DNA of 64,000 nucleotides from Lama guanicoe (Eukaryota), in the NCBI GenBank assembly GCA_013239625.1, contig MU053557.1:5901842-5965841 (forward strand). The letters are read 5' to 3'. Made by a program: the position numbers and the translations under genes. This document shows, piece by piece, positions 14,550 through 28,900 of this stretch. The number at the start of each line of letters is the position of its first letter. Position 1 is the stretch's first letter. The notes beneath the pieces are model-generated. The model saw nothing but the letters and a program-made list of their open reading frames with translations. It was not told the DNA's origin and did no database searches.

Positions 14550-14765
14550 CAACTTTCTGTGCCAGGGACTTGACATGTATTACACTTCATCTTACTCTCA
14601 TTAATAACCCTCTGAGATATGGACTCTCACTATTAGTCTCATTTTAGAAATGAGGAAATTGAGGCCTAGGGAGTTAAACAACTTGCCCAAAGTCAAAGAG
14701 ATAGGAAGTAGCAAAGCCAGGGTTCAAACCCAGGCAGTCTGATTCCAGAGAACTTGACGTTATCT
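14550..14765 (-). mobile_element. MIR SINE (representative copy)
   Basis: Core CATTTTAGAAATGAGGAAATTGAGGCC...GGTTCAAACCCAGGCAGTCTG; more MIRs at about 3620-3860, 6440-6610, 25690-25900, 33050-33230, 40450-40600, 40860-41020, 51190-51430, 55530-55720, 56150-56400, 57240-57350 and 62020-62200. Confidence 0.75.
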
Positions 14766-14849
14766 GCAACACTGTGCAATTTCTATGTTCTATGACCTTG
14801 GGTTAGAGAATTTCTCTTCTTTTTCTGATTGGAATTTTTTCTTTCATTT

Positions 14850-15648
14850 TTGAAATTTTTTATTGACGTATAGTTGATTTACAATGTTGTACTAGTTTTA
14901 GGTGTACAGCAAAGCGATTCAATTTTATGTACACACATATATATTTTTTTCAGATTCTTTTCCATTATAGGTTATTATAAGATACTGAATATAGTTCCCT
15001 GTGCTATACAGTGGGTTCCTGTTATTTATTTTATACATAAAATAAATCCTTCTCTCCATTCCCCTTTGGTAACCACTTTGTTTTTTATTTCTGTGAGTCT
15101 ATTTCTGATTTGTAAATAAGTTCACTTGTATCATTTTTTTGGATTCCACATATGGGTGATATATGATATCTGTCTTTCTTTCTCTGATGTATTTCACTTA
15201 ATATGATAATCTCTAGGTCCAGTCATGTTGCTGCAAATGGCATTACTTCATTCTTTTTATGGCTGAGTAATAGTCCATTGTGTATATATATGCCACATCT
15301 TCTTTATCCAGTCATCCACTGATGGACATTAGGTTGCTTCCATGTCTTGACTATTGTAAACAGTGCTGCTATGAACACTGGTACGCATGTATTGTTTTAA
15401 GTTATCGTTTCGCCTGGATATATGCCCCAAAGTGGGATTGCTGGATCATATGGTAACTCTATTTTTAGTTTTTAAAGGACCCTCTGTACTGTTCTCCATA
15501 GTGGCTCCACCAATTTACATTCCCATTAACAGTGTAGGAGGGTTCCTTTTTCTCCACACCCTCTCCAGCATTTATTATTTGTAGACTTTTAAAAAGTGGC
15601 CATTCTCATTAGTGTGAGGTGATACCTCATTGTAGTTTTGATTTGCAT
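14850..15648 (-). mobile_element. LINE-1 3' end, 5'-truncated
   Basis: Typical L1 3'UTR and ORF2 C-terminal motif ([12 protein letters not shown]) in reverse, with a T-rich tail at left. Confidence 0.85.
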
Positions 15649-15729
15649 TAAGAATTTGTTACATAAGAATGAAAAGCACACATCATAAAGGAAAAAATTC
15701 TTCCAGAAAGCTGAAAGTAAAACCACAAT

Positions 15730-16935
15730 GAATGCTTTCAACAAATGGTGCTGGAATAACTGGATATCCAAATATAAAAAAAATTAACCTCAACCCTTAC
15801 CTCACAACATTTACAAAACTTACCCTGAAATGGTAAGAGATTTACATGGAAGAGCCGAAACTATATTATTTCTAGGAGAAAACATAAGTGAAAATCTTAG
15901 TGACCTTGGGTTAGGCTAAAGTTTCTTTAGTAGGACATGAAACGCACAAACTATAAAACAAAAAATTGATAAATTAACCTCATCAAAATTAGAAACTTGT
16001 GTTCTTCAAAAGACTCTGTTGAAGAAATAAAAAGATAAGCCACAGATTGGGAGAGAGTATTTGCAAAACATCTATTCAACAAAGGACTTGTATCCAAAAT
16101 AGGAAACTCTCACAATTCAATGAAAAGATAAAAAACTCAATTTAAATGGCAAAAGATTTGTACCAACACTTCACCAAAGGAAATATATGGATGGAAAATA
16201 AGCACATTAAGGAAATGCAAATTAAAATCATGATGAAGTAACTGTACACATTCACTCGAATGGCCAAAATGAGAAAGACACAGAATACTAAGGGGTGCTG
16301 GGGAACTGGAATTCTCCTACATTGCTGGTGAGGACCCAAAATGGTACGGCCACTTCGGAAAATAGTTTGGCAGTTTCTGGTCCAGTTAAACATACACTTA
16401 CCCTATGACCCAGCAATTCTACTCCTAGATATTTACTCAAGAAAAACAAAAACACACATCCACACTAGAATTTGTAAGCACATGTTCATAGCGGCTTCAT
16501 TTGTATGAGCCCCAAACTGGAAAAACATCAATGTTCATCAACTGGAGAATAAATAAACAAATTATGGTATATCCATACGATAGAAAACTACTGAAAAATA
16601 AAAAGCAAAAACACAACGGGACCTCAGAAGCATTATGCTAAGGGAAAGAGACAGACACAGAAGACTAAACTGCTCCAATTACATAAACTTCTAGTAAAAG
16701 CACAATTATGGTAAAAGAAAGCAAATCAGTGTTAGTCACAGGCCAGGAGGTAGGTGGAAGGAACTGACCGCAAAGGGGCATGAAAAAGCGTTTCATGGTA
16801 ATGGAAATTCTGTATAACATGATTGTGGTGGTGGCTACATGGCTATACATATCTGTCAAAAATCAAAGAATTCTACGCTTAAAATTGGTGAACTTCATTA
16901 TATGTAAATAACATCTCAAGAGAGCTAACCAAATA
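15730..16935 (+). mobile_element. Older LINE-1 (L1M-type) ORF2 3' region and 3'UTR
   Basis: AACAAATGGTGCTGGAATAACTGGATATCC, TATGACCCAGCAATTCTACTCCTAG and other L1 ORF2 motifs, decayed. Confidence 0.8.
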
Positions 16936-17124
16936 AAAAGGGAAAAAATAAACTGTAATGAGGTATCGTTTCACAACCACCAGTTTGGAAAAACTTGAAA
17001 GAAGTCCAACAGCAGTACGAGCTACCAAGGATCCAGAGCAATAGGTAGTCCACTCATATATTATTAGTGGGAGCAAAAACTGGTGAACCATTTTGGAGAG
17101 CTAAAGATGGACACAGCAATTTTA

Positions 17125-17365
17125 TTTTATTTTATTTTATTTTATTTTATTATAATATTTCAGATTTATTTTTTAAATGTTTGTTTGTTTGTTTAACATT
17201 TGCTGAGCCCTGCTCTATTTTAATTTTTTTGGAGGGGGAGGTCATTAGGTTTGTTTATTTAATCATGATTATTGTTTTTAATGGAGGTACTGGGGATTCA
17301 ACCTAAGACACAACCTAAGAGCATGATAAGCATGTGCTCTACCACTTGAGCTGTATCCTCTCCCC
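17125..17365 (-). mobile_element. Vic-1-like SINE with extended tail
   Basis: Reverse SINE head; TSD ACAGCAATTTTA at 17113-17124 and 17371-17382. Confidence 0.85.
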
Positions 17366-18097
17366 TGTATACAGCAATTTTACTTTTACTTTTTATGCAG
17401 AGAAACCCTTACTCCTATGACAGGAAATACACACAAGAATGTATCTAACTGCACTGTTGTCAAAAGCAAAAAATTGAAAACAACCTAAATGTCCACCCAG
17501 AGGAGAACTGAGAAGTAAACTGTGGTAGTAAGTCATACATGAATCAACGACCATCACAGCTACCCACCACAAATGGACTGGTACAGAAAAGTCGTAGCAG
17601 GATACCTAACAGCATGTTTCTACTTGTTTCAGTTGAGAAGCATTATTTACTAGCGGCTACATACACAGGCGGAGAAGTGCAAAGACAGGCACGGACACTG
17701 ATGAACAACTGAACTCAGGACTGTGCTGGTCACCTCTCGGAGGCAGATGAAGGCAGATGCAGTCGGGGAAGGATATACCATGGGTTGTTTGGTTATGTTT
17801 AATTTCTTAAGCTGGGTGATAATCTCATCAATGTATTATTTGTATAATTCAAAATAACTTTTTTTTTAAGCCAAAAAGGACTCTTGTTGAAGGCGACACT
17901 TTACTCCCTTGCAAAAAATGGCAGCAAGTAACATTCTTCAGCACAGTATTTGTATTTTAAAAGTTACCTTACTTAAGGCAATCATGGAAAATAATTACGT
18001 GAAAGAAGTGTTTTAGTAGTATTTTAGAAAACCTGAATGCTTTACTTAATTACTTCTTTAGAACTGATGATTTATTCTAAATAAAAATTTGATGGTT

Positions 18098-18240
18098 GGG
18101 GGAGGGCATAGCTCAGCAGTAGAGTGCGTACTTAGCATGCACAAGGTCCTGGGTTCAATCCCCAGTACTTCCACTAAAAAATAAAATAAAAGTAAAAAAT
18201 TAATTAAAAAATACATAAATCTAATTACCCGCCACCCCCA
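18098..18240 (+). mobile_element. Vic-1-like SINE
   Basis: Same head and CTAATTACC segment; flanked by AAATTTGA on both sides. Confidence 0.85.
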
Positions 18241-19928
18241 AATTTGAGACGATCTCGTAAGTTTCTGCACATTACTGACTTAATGGCTTATTTACAAAAA
18301 AACAAATAGTTCTAACTAAAGTGGTTTCAGGGCTTGTTGGACACCAATGACATCATGGAAAAAATGAAATTATTTGTATTCCTTAAGAGCTCCTAGTATT
18401 CAATTATCACTATCAAGCTATCCTAGAGGAGTTAGATTTCTAAAAACACATGCTTTAAATTCTGAAATAGAAATTCTCCAATTCTAATGGCTTATGCACT
18501 TCCAGAATAACAAATTAAGAAATCTATTTGGATTTCTAAGTTTTGTTTCTTTAATTTGATAAAAAGAAACAAAATGCGAACACGGAAAAATACACTCTAA
18601 CTAAATGAACTGAGTGCCACTTTGAGGTTTTTAGAGTTGAATCGAAAGAAATATCACCCATATTTACTTCCAAAGTGTGTAAGACTTTATAGAAAATTTT
18701 TAGCTAAAGTCCATTTTCATTTTAGCTATATCAAATGACATAATGAGTTTGCTTTTGGCTTCCTCATATATTAGTAAGCTGATATTTTTAATGAAAACTC
18801 AAAAATGGGAGTTAACATGTCTAAAAAACTTTCAAAAAATTAAACAAATGAAATTTCAGCAAGAAAAAAGACAAGGAGGAGTTAGCAGTGCCACTGTTTA
18901 TATAACAAATAAAACAGCAACTCAAGATTTCGAACTGACTAATAAGAGTGTTTCTACTCTCTGATGTTAACCATGGAGTATGGGAAATATAAAAATAAAG
19001 GAAGTTTCCTGATAAAGGTAAGTGCAACCTCTGCTTCGAAATGCTCAAATGATGGAGAGGTAATTAACCCCTTAGACTGTCTTTAGGTCCAAACATACAG
19101 GACTTTTCTGTTTCACTCATGATACATATATACATGTACCTTTGAGCGCATGTTCGAATGCTCCAGGATAGATATTTGCACATGGAACTGCTGGGCCCAA
19201 GAATAAAAGCAATTTAAAATGTTCATAAATGTTGTCAAACTGCTCTGTAAGGTGGCAGGAGACAAAAGGACTCTTCTCCCATATTCTTTACCAGATTTTT
19301 AAAATTTTGCCAATTCAATGGATGAAGTTTTAATTTGCATTTATCTCATAACTAGTAAAATTGAACATATCTTTTTACATATTTATTGACTTTAAAAAAA
19401 ATCACCTCAGCGAGTTGTAAGCAAAAAAAGATCCAATAATTTGCACACATTTTGGTTACTGCCCATTTTTATTTCCATTTCTGAGAGCTGCTGCTCATAT
19501 CCTTTGATGACATTTTTCAATTGGGTAGTTTTCTTATTGACTTATAAGGGTTCCTTATTTTTGGTTATTTATCTTCAGCCTGTTATATACAATCCAAGAT
19601 ACGCTATTTTCATCTTTTAGGTTTGTTCTTGGTGTGTTTTACCATCAGGAGTGTTTACTTTTTATGAAGAACATTAATATTTTGATTCCAAAAAAGTGTC
19701 TGATTTATAAATGCTTTTTTATCAACTCTAAGAAAATGAAATAGTTTACCCAATCTCAGATGAAACATCATGGTCTATAAATGTGAGGACTGGGAAATAC
19801 AGAAGATTTAATGACAACCTACTCTGTCTGAATTTAGCTCCTACCTCCCAACAGGTAACAGAAATAATAATTTGTGTGCAATAAGAGCACTGCCAATTTC
19901 ACAAAATCTCCTGTTGAAGCCTCCCTCA

Positions 19929-20132
<204 letters not shown>

Positions 20133-21029
20133 TCATTCATTCATTCAACAAATATTTACCAAGCACCTACCATGCGCCAGACATTATTCTACATTTAGGA
20201 ATTCAAGAGAGAACTATAAGGGAAGGGTGCCTCTCAAGCAAAAAGAAATTTAAAAGTACTCTGAAGTGACTCTTACAAACTACGTTTTCAAAAGTATTAT
20301 ATGTTAATTATTTTTAAAAATGCAATCATCATCCAACCTTCTGAAGAACTGGAGCCTGACCCAATCCTACTCCACAGAGGTGGAACCACTGTTAACAGTT
20401 TGGAGTTAACTTTTAGACAGTTTGTACAGACCACAAAGATTTCTGTGGGACAGAGAAATGTCACAGCTTACGACTTTAGAGGACGGGCCAATTGCACAAT
20501 GGAAATCTGAGAGGCAATAATACAATAAGCTGTGAAACTGGGTTTGGAAAATAACTGCTTGCTTGCTGTGCCAGAGCTGAAACAGATCCCAAACAAGCTA
20601 CCAAGATGGAACAGCTCAGCAGCAGTGCATTTTCAAGGCTTTCTGCTCTCTCTTCAGGTACCACTCTTCCTAGTGAACCAGCCAACACTCCCCATCAGGG
20701 GCTCCCATGCCTTGTTGTTTTCAACTTCCCCACCATGTGAGATTATCAAGATTTCACCTCCAGTCCTGGACTTGCTCTGAAGTTCCATTCCATAACTCCA
20801 ATTATCTGTGATATTTTGCTACTGGAGAATATCCTCAAATAAGGATAACAACAGTACCCACCTCACTGGGATATTCTGAGGATTAAATGATAGAATTAAT
20901 GTGTGAACAGCATACAAAACTGGTTTATAAAGAGCTGTTTCTTGGGGACAGGAAAGACAAATAACAGTAGTTCATATCCATGGAAGTGTATAGATGTGAC
21001 TAGTAGCAAAGGACTTTCAAACCAAGCTA

Positions 21030-22125
21030 AAAACCAAAGTGGTACTGGTAGCAATGAACACACCTACTGCTCAGATCTTGGTTTTTAATACCACTCTCTA
21101 ATAAAAGGTACCAGGGCTCCTTGGAGAAATGGCTAACTCTAGGACTGGGGCAGAAAATAAACAAGATGAGCCTGGAATATCTTCCAACACCAGAAAGCAA
21201 GACAGCACACAAACAAATGAACAACGGTCCCCTCCTCATCACGGCGGACAGCGATGGGTATATGTCAAAGGGAGACAGGAGTCTACCAAAAGAGGTCCCA
21301 ATGGCCAAAGCTGGAACAATTTGAGTAAAAAAATACAGTATTGGATTATAACCTAAGGTATGAAATAAATATTCATGAGCCCATACTGCTTTAAGTAAAT
21401 ACATATGGGAGAAGAGAAAAATCTTTCATGCAAAAGAATTCCAAGTAATTCATGGAAACAGTCCTCCCAAAAGGGGAGCATAATTCCCCACTATTTAAGT
21501 GTGGGCTGTGACAGTGCATTTCTTTCCGAAGAGTAAAACATGGAAAAAGAGAAGGAAAAAAAAAAAGAGAGAAACTTGACATCAGAGAAACCTGACAAAC
21601 AGTAGCTCAAGCCAGGTAATCAAGGTTAACATCAACAGTGATTAGTCATACTGGGAGTATACACCCTTAATATGCTGTGACGAGAGATGCGCTATGCCTG
21701 TGTGGTCCTTCTTCCTATAATGCATTCCCCCAGTGGATGAGAAAAACATTAGACAACTTCCAACTGCAGGATACTCCACAAAGTATCTTACCAGTACACT
21801 TCAAAATTTTTAAGGTCATCAAAACTAAGGAAAGTCTAAGAAAATGTCACAGCAAGAGAAGTCTAAGGAGAAATGACAAATATAATGTGGGTATCCTGAA
21901 TAGAACCCTAGAACAGAAAAAGGAGATTAGGAAATAATTGAGGAAATCTAAATCAAATACGGAGTTTACTTAATAATAATGCCATCAATACTGTTCATTA
22001 GTTGAGACAAATATGCCCTACTAATGTAAGACATTAAAAATAGGGGTTAAGGGTTAAGGGAATTCTCACAGGAATTCTTAAGTCTAAACTGTTCTAAAAT
22101 ATAGTTCATTTTTCAAAAATGAAAG
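21030..22125 (+). mobile_element. Old LINE-1 (L1MC-like) 3'UTR
   Basis: Resembles L1MC 3'UTR (CTGGAATATCTT...CCAGAAAGCAAG; AAGCCAGGTAATCAAGGTTAACATCAACAGTGAT). Confidence 0.65.
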
Positions 22126-22263
22126 GACATTTCATCTTTGGTAAAGGTGATGCTAAAAAATAAAAAACAGCTAGTTAAAGATAAAAGTTAATTCCATGTG
22201 CTTCTTATCAGCTATTTATAAAAACAGCTGGAGAAAACAGAAAAAAATGGATCCCAGTCTTAC

Positions 22264-22334
22264 CTATTCTTTTTCAGTTTGGCTTCAGCTGATGGCATAT
22301 TTTCTAAACAACTGGGACAGTAATGGGAGTCCAC
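22264..22334 (-). CDS. DCTN4: DCTN4 exon 2 (71 nt; VDSHYCPSCLENMPSAEAKLKKNR)
   Basis: Translation matches p62; acceptor ttctctctag|GTG, donor AG|GTAAGA; phase consistent. Confidence 0.97.
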
Positions 22335-24599
22335 CTAGAGAGAAACAGGAAATCGAAAAAACCAGAGGAAAAGACACTGTTTAGTTTGTGTATATGCCTA
22401 CACCAAATAGTGAATTTTAAAACAACATGATTCTACAGCAGGTGAGAAACCACTTGTCAAAGAATCTGGACTGTTTCAGCTTGAGGTTTATTCTTCAATG
22501 ACCAGTTTTTTCCCTTAACCCCTGGGTTTCCTGAAATCCTTCAATTTTGCCTTTTTGATTTTTCCTGTTCCTTTTTATCAGGGTTTTATGTATTAGATGT
22601 GTTAAAAGTTGTTTACGTAGAAGAACTGTATAATAATCTAAACAGATTAACAAATAAAATAACCCAATTTATGAAGCTGTAATCAAATATCCTTTGATTT
22701 AGTTTAGCTTTATTGTAATGCAATCAACTTGACTACACTTAAGTTGGGAGATTTAAAATTTTTTCTCATTACTGAGGTATGACATGTTCACTGAAGAAAA
22801 GCATAAATTAACATTTACAAAGTCAGCTTTAGCCAATCCATTAGAGATTTTTAAATGGCAAATTAAACTACTAAGTTAACAAGATAGTCTTAATGTATTT
22901 AACTCAAAAACAGTTAAAAATTAAATTTATTGTATTTTTTAAGGACTGAATTATTATTTTCTTTAGTAGGTAGATCCTATTTGATAGTTCTAGAACTCTA
23001 GTCAAGTACAGTTGGAAAGGCAAATTCACTTGAACATAAATAAATACCATGACAGAAACTGGTTTCTTTTTCTCATCATCTGCTTATAAAGAGAACCACC
23101 TTTGAAAAGATACAGCTGCTGCTCAAATAGTCTCCGGGAACATAAAATAAAGTATTGCCAACTTGTATTTGCACTTACGCATCATAAAAGGCAAAATATA
23201 ATTCATTCGTTCTTGTCCTGATTCCAAATTATGCTTGTCCCATCATATGCAGTTCCAATCTCAGGCTGCCATTTGAATTTTCTGGACTGCTTCAGCCCTT
23301 CCCCAAACCCTAATGGCCTCCATTTCACAGGTGCACACCAGTCTTTATAAAAGACTGAACGCCCTAGCTGAAGAGATCCTTAGAGTTCTTGGAGATTGAG
23401 CTCCCTAATGATCACCAAATGAAAATCTAATTCAATAAATTCTAGAGGTGAAGCTGGAACAGGGAAAGATCCTAAAGAGAAAGGACATGCCAAAGAGAAA
23501 AGCACACAGAGTGCTAATGGAGGAGAAAAACAAATCACGTGTATAATACAGCAATGACTTTTTTATTATTTAACTGCTTTCTCTGACTATTCTTAATAAT
23601 ATGAAAAAATTCCTAATAATTACTGTTAATAATGTGTAGAATGGTTTATGGTATAGGACATCTTCTCATATTCAGTGAAGTCCTCTGAATCAGGCTGCTT
23701 GGTTTCAAATCCTGGTCCTCCCCCAATCCCAAATAGGACAAACATTATGTGTCTGTTTCTTTAACTGGAAAAGGTTTTTTTAAAAAAGGTATCCATTCTG
23801 TTGGTTTGCAAAATGATTAAAGAAGATCATGTAAAGCACACGGCATAAAGAAAAGTACTGAATAAGCAGTAACTATGTCTTATTACTAATCAGCTTTTCC
23901 TTCACGAGACTGCAAGTTACTCAACTGCAGGATTTATGTCTTAATGAATCTTTTAATCCCCAAAGCTTACTGAATGAACAAGATGTGCCAAGTGCTGCAG
24001 ACGTTTGGGGGTTTTGCTATGTGGTGATTTTTTTTAGGGAGTGCAGTCTTTCACGTTCTGAGCAATCCCACCTCCAGTGCCCACTTGCGCCCATGAAGGA
24101 CAGAACTGTACGCTCAGGAGACGTGCCATGAATACAACACTTTGAGCTTCTTACAAGACACACCTTATTCTAAGCGCTTTTCACTCAGCTCACCCCATCC
24201 CAACTTCTTTTTTGCAGGCCTTGGCCTGGGCCAAGAAACAGAGCAAGGCAGTCTGAGGAGGGCCCAGTTTCTGCCAAAGCGGGGGCAGAACTTCCAAGAT
24301 GGGAGGGGCACCTCCTCAATTAATCTGGTAAGACTGTCCTCTCAAATGGCCTTAACTAAGCACTCCCAAACCTTTTTTCCCCCAACCCACCCAATTACCA
24401 ACCCCTCCAGGGTACAGCCAGGGTCCCAAAAGTCAAGTATGTCCAATCAGAGGGCGCCCTAGACCCAGAAGGGCCGTTCAGCCCCACCCAAGGCCGCTCC
24501 TCCCTTACAAAGTGACAAATTGGGTACGTATAAGCAAATTAAATTGCAGGCATATATGAGTGACGGAAGGCACAGCCAATCAGCACACTAGGAAAATAA

Positions 24600-25110
<511 letters not shown>

Positions 25111-25940
25111 GACCAAGTCCAGATGGGCTTACTGTTCCCCTTTCCTTTGTTTCTAACAGAAAGGAAGGTTGCTCTTTTGTTTATTCAGCACTGCGTCTTC
25201 CACCCTCATCTTCCAGACAAACATCCACAAGCTTGATGGAGGGTGTCTGCGACCGAGGTTCATGGGAGCTGGAAAGCTAAGAGTCCGCATCAGCACTTTC
25301 TTGTGACAACCTTGCCAGTGACCTGTAGGAAACTCAGAGATGTTATCTCGTTGGAAGTTTGTTAGCTTGTGAGCTCCTCCACCAGAGACCATATCTCATT
25401 CACTTCCAGGTTTCGAGTGCTTAGCATTACATTTGTCTGTATTGTGGGTGTTCAGTAAGTATTGCTTATTGAAGGAATGGAATCAATGAAAGATCAATGT
25501 TGCCAGGTGTCGTTTATATTTTTCTAGTGCAGAAACTAAGGCTTGAATATGTAAAATGACCACTTGGAACTGACCTATCAGAGACTGGAGTCCATGTTAC
25601 TTGCCATCAGTTCTGTGCTTTTCTCATTGTACTAGTGTTGTATTATTACCTGACGTTAGAGTTAGTGGTTGAAAAGAAATGGAACCGAATAGTAATATTA
25701 GCTAACATTTATTGAGCACTTATTGAGTGCAGGACACTGTCGAAACTTTACATACGTTGTCTCATTTAATTTTCACAAAAACTCCAAAAGGCAGATGCTA
25801 TTATTATCTTTGTTTTACAGTGCAGGAAACTGAGGCTCAGAGAATTGCAGTGAAATGCAACTTGTCTAAAGATTCCTAAATAGCAGCAGAACCCTGTTCC
25901 AGAACGTGCATTTCCCCTATGCATACTGCCTTCAGCATAT

Positions 25941-28900
25941 TTTCTTTCTTTACCCCAGCTTTATTGAAGTATAACTGACAATTAAAATTGTATATATTTA
26001 AGGCGTACACCTTGATGAGATGATAAACTTGTGAAATAATCGACACAATCAAGCTAATTAACATACACATTACCTCACATAGTTACCATTTTCTCTCTTA
26101 CTTTATTTCCTTTTTCTGATGAAAACACTTAAGATCTACCCTCTTAGCAAATTTCAAATATATAATACAGTATCATTAACAGTTTTCACATTGTTGCATA
26201 CTCCAGAACTTATTTATCTTCCATAGCTGCAACCGTGTACCTCTTGACCAACACCCCTCCATTTCCTCCTTCCCGCAGCCCTTAGCAACCACCATTCTCT
26301 CTGTTTCTATTAGTTTGACTTTTATATTCCTTGTATAAGTGGTATCATATGGTATTTGTCTCTCTGGGTCTGGCTTATTTCACTTAGCATAATGTCCTCC
26401 AGTTTCATCTAAGTTGTTGCTTATAGCATGATTTCCTTTTTTCAAAGCTGAATAATATTCCAGTGTGTATGCGTGTATCACATTTTCTTTATTTATCTCT
26501 TGACATTTAGGTTGTTTCATTATCTAGCTATTGTGAATAATGCTGAAATGATCATGGGAGTGCAATTATCCCTTCAAGATCCTGATTTCATTTTCTTTGG
26601 CTATCTACCCAGGAGTGGATCTGCTAGGTCATATGATAGTTCTATTTTTAATTTTTTCAGGAGCCTTCCTACTGTTCTCCATAGTGGCTGCACCAATTTA
26701 CATTCCCACCAGCAGTGCACAAGTTTGTTATCTTTTGTCTTTCTGCTGATAGCCATTCTAACAGGTGTGAGGTGATATCTCATTGTGGTTTTGATTTGCA
26801 TTTCCCTGGTGATTAGTGAAATTGAGCACCTTTTCACATACCTGGTGGTCATTTGTATATTTTCTATTTTCTCCTAATCTATAGGTGGCCTTTTTATTCT
26901 GTTGAGGGTTTTTGTTTGACGCAGTCCCATTTGTCTATATTCACTTTTGTTGCCTGTGCTTTTGGGGTCATTTCCAAAAAATCACTGCCCAAACCAATGT
27001 TAAGAAGCCTTCCCCCTGTGTTTACTTCTGGTGGTTTTATGGTTTCACGTCTTACATTTAAGTCTTTAATCCCTTTAGAGTTTTATGTGGTGAGTTTTGT
27101 AAGAGTTCAATTTCATTCTTTTGAATTTTATCCAAACGTGGATATCCAAGTTTCCCAACACCATTTATTGAAGGGGCTATCCTTTTACCTTAGTGTGTTC
27201 TTGGCACCCTTGTCAAAGACCAGTTAACTGTTGATGTGTGGATTTATTTTGGGATTCTATTGTTTTCCGTTTGTCTAGATGTCTCTTTTTGTGCCTTTTT
27301 GATCACTGTAGCTTATAATATATTTTGAAATCAGGAAATGTGGTGACTCCAGCTTTGTTCTTTGTGCCCAAGGTTGCTTTGGCTAGTCAAGAGCCTTGTG
27401 GTTCAATATGAATTTTAGGATTGTTTTTTCTGTTTATGTGAAGAAGGCCGTTGGGATGTTGGGAGGGACTGTACTGAATCTGTAGATCATTTCTGATAGT
27501 ATGGATATTTTAATGATATTAATCCTTTTAATCCATGAACAAAGGATGTCTTTCCATTTATCTGTCTTCTTTAATTTCCTTCATCAGTGTTTTATAATTT
27601 TTCACTGTACAGGTCTTTCACCTCTTTGATTTATTCCTAATTAATTAATTTTTTTGCTATTGTAAATGAGATCTTTTTCTTCATTTCCTTTCCAGATAGC
27701 TCACGTTAGTATATAGAAATATCACTCATTTTTGTATGCTGGTTTCGAATCCAGCAACTTTACTGAATTTATTAGTTCCAACAGGTTTTTTGTTGTTGTT
27801 GAGTCTCAGCATTTTCTATATATATGATAATGTCATTGGCAAACAGAAATAATTTTGCTTCTTCCCTTCTGATTTGGATGTCTTTTACTTAGTTTTCTTG
27901 TTTAATTACTCTAGCTAGGATTTTCAGTACTACGTTGAATAGAAGTTATGAGAGTGGGCACCCTTGCCTTGTACTGGCTCTTAGAAGGAAAACCACTAGT
28001 TTTTTCTCAGTAATTATGATGTTAGCTATGGGCTTTTCATGTATGGCCTTTATTGTGTTGAAGTAAGTTCCTCCTATACCCATTTTGTTGAGAGTTTTAA
28101 TCTTGAAGGAATGTTGAACTTTGCCAAATACTTTTTTGTGTCTCTTGAGATGATCATGTAGTCTTTTTTCTTTCATTTTGTTAATGTGTTGTGTCACAGT
28201 AATTGCTTTTCATCTGTTGAATCTTTTCTGCATCCCAGAGATAAATCCCAGTTGGTCATGATGTATGATCCTTTTAATGTGCTACTGAATTTGATTTGTC
28301 CATATTTCACTGAGGATTTTTACATCCATGTTTATCAGGGATATTGTCCTGTAGTTCTATTTTTTTGTGGTGTCTTTGTCTGGTTTTGGTATCAGGGTGA
28401 TGCTGGCCTCATAAAATGAGTTTGGAAGTGGTCCCTCTTCTTCTACTTTAAAATAACTTAAGAAGGATTGGTATTCATTTTTTTTTTGAATAGTTGGTAG
28501 AATTTACCAATGAAGCCATCTGGGGTCCTAGGATTTTCTTTGTAAGGAAGTTTTTATTGCTGATTCAGTCTCCTTATTTGTTATTGATCTGTTCAGGCTT
28601 TCTGTTTCTTCTTGAATTGGTACTAGTAGGTTATAAGTTTCTTGGAATTTATCCATTTATTCTGGGTTATCTAGTTTGTTGCCATATAATTGTTCATAAT
28701 AACCTTGTATGACCCTTTTTATTTCTCAGGCATTGATTTAATGTCTCCTCTTTAATTTCTGGTTTTACTTATTTGAGTCTTCTCTCTTTTAGTCTTAGTT
28801 TAGCCAAGGGTTTATCAGTTTTATTTATCTTTTCAAAAAACCAACTCTCAGTTTTGTTGATTTTTTTTCCTATTCTCTATTTTACTTCTTTCTGCTCTAA

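Noticed and set aside
14850..16935. Possible twin-primed (inverted) L1
   Set aside because: The two oppositely oriented pieces each have their own 3' end, cover overlapping L1 regions and differ in apparent age, so they are independent insertions
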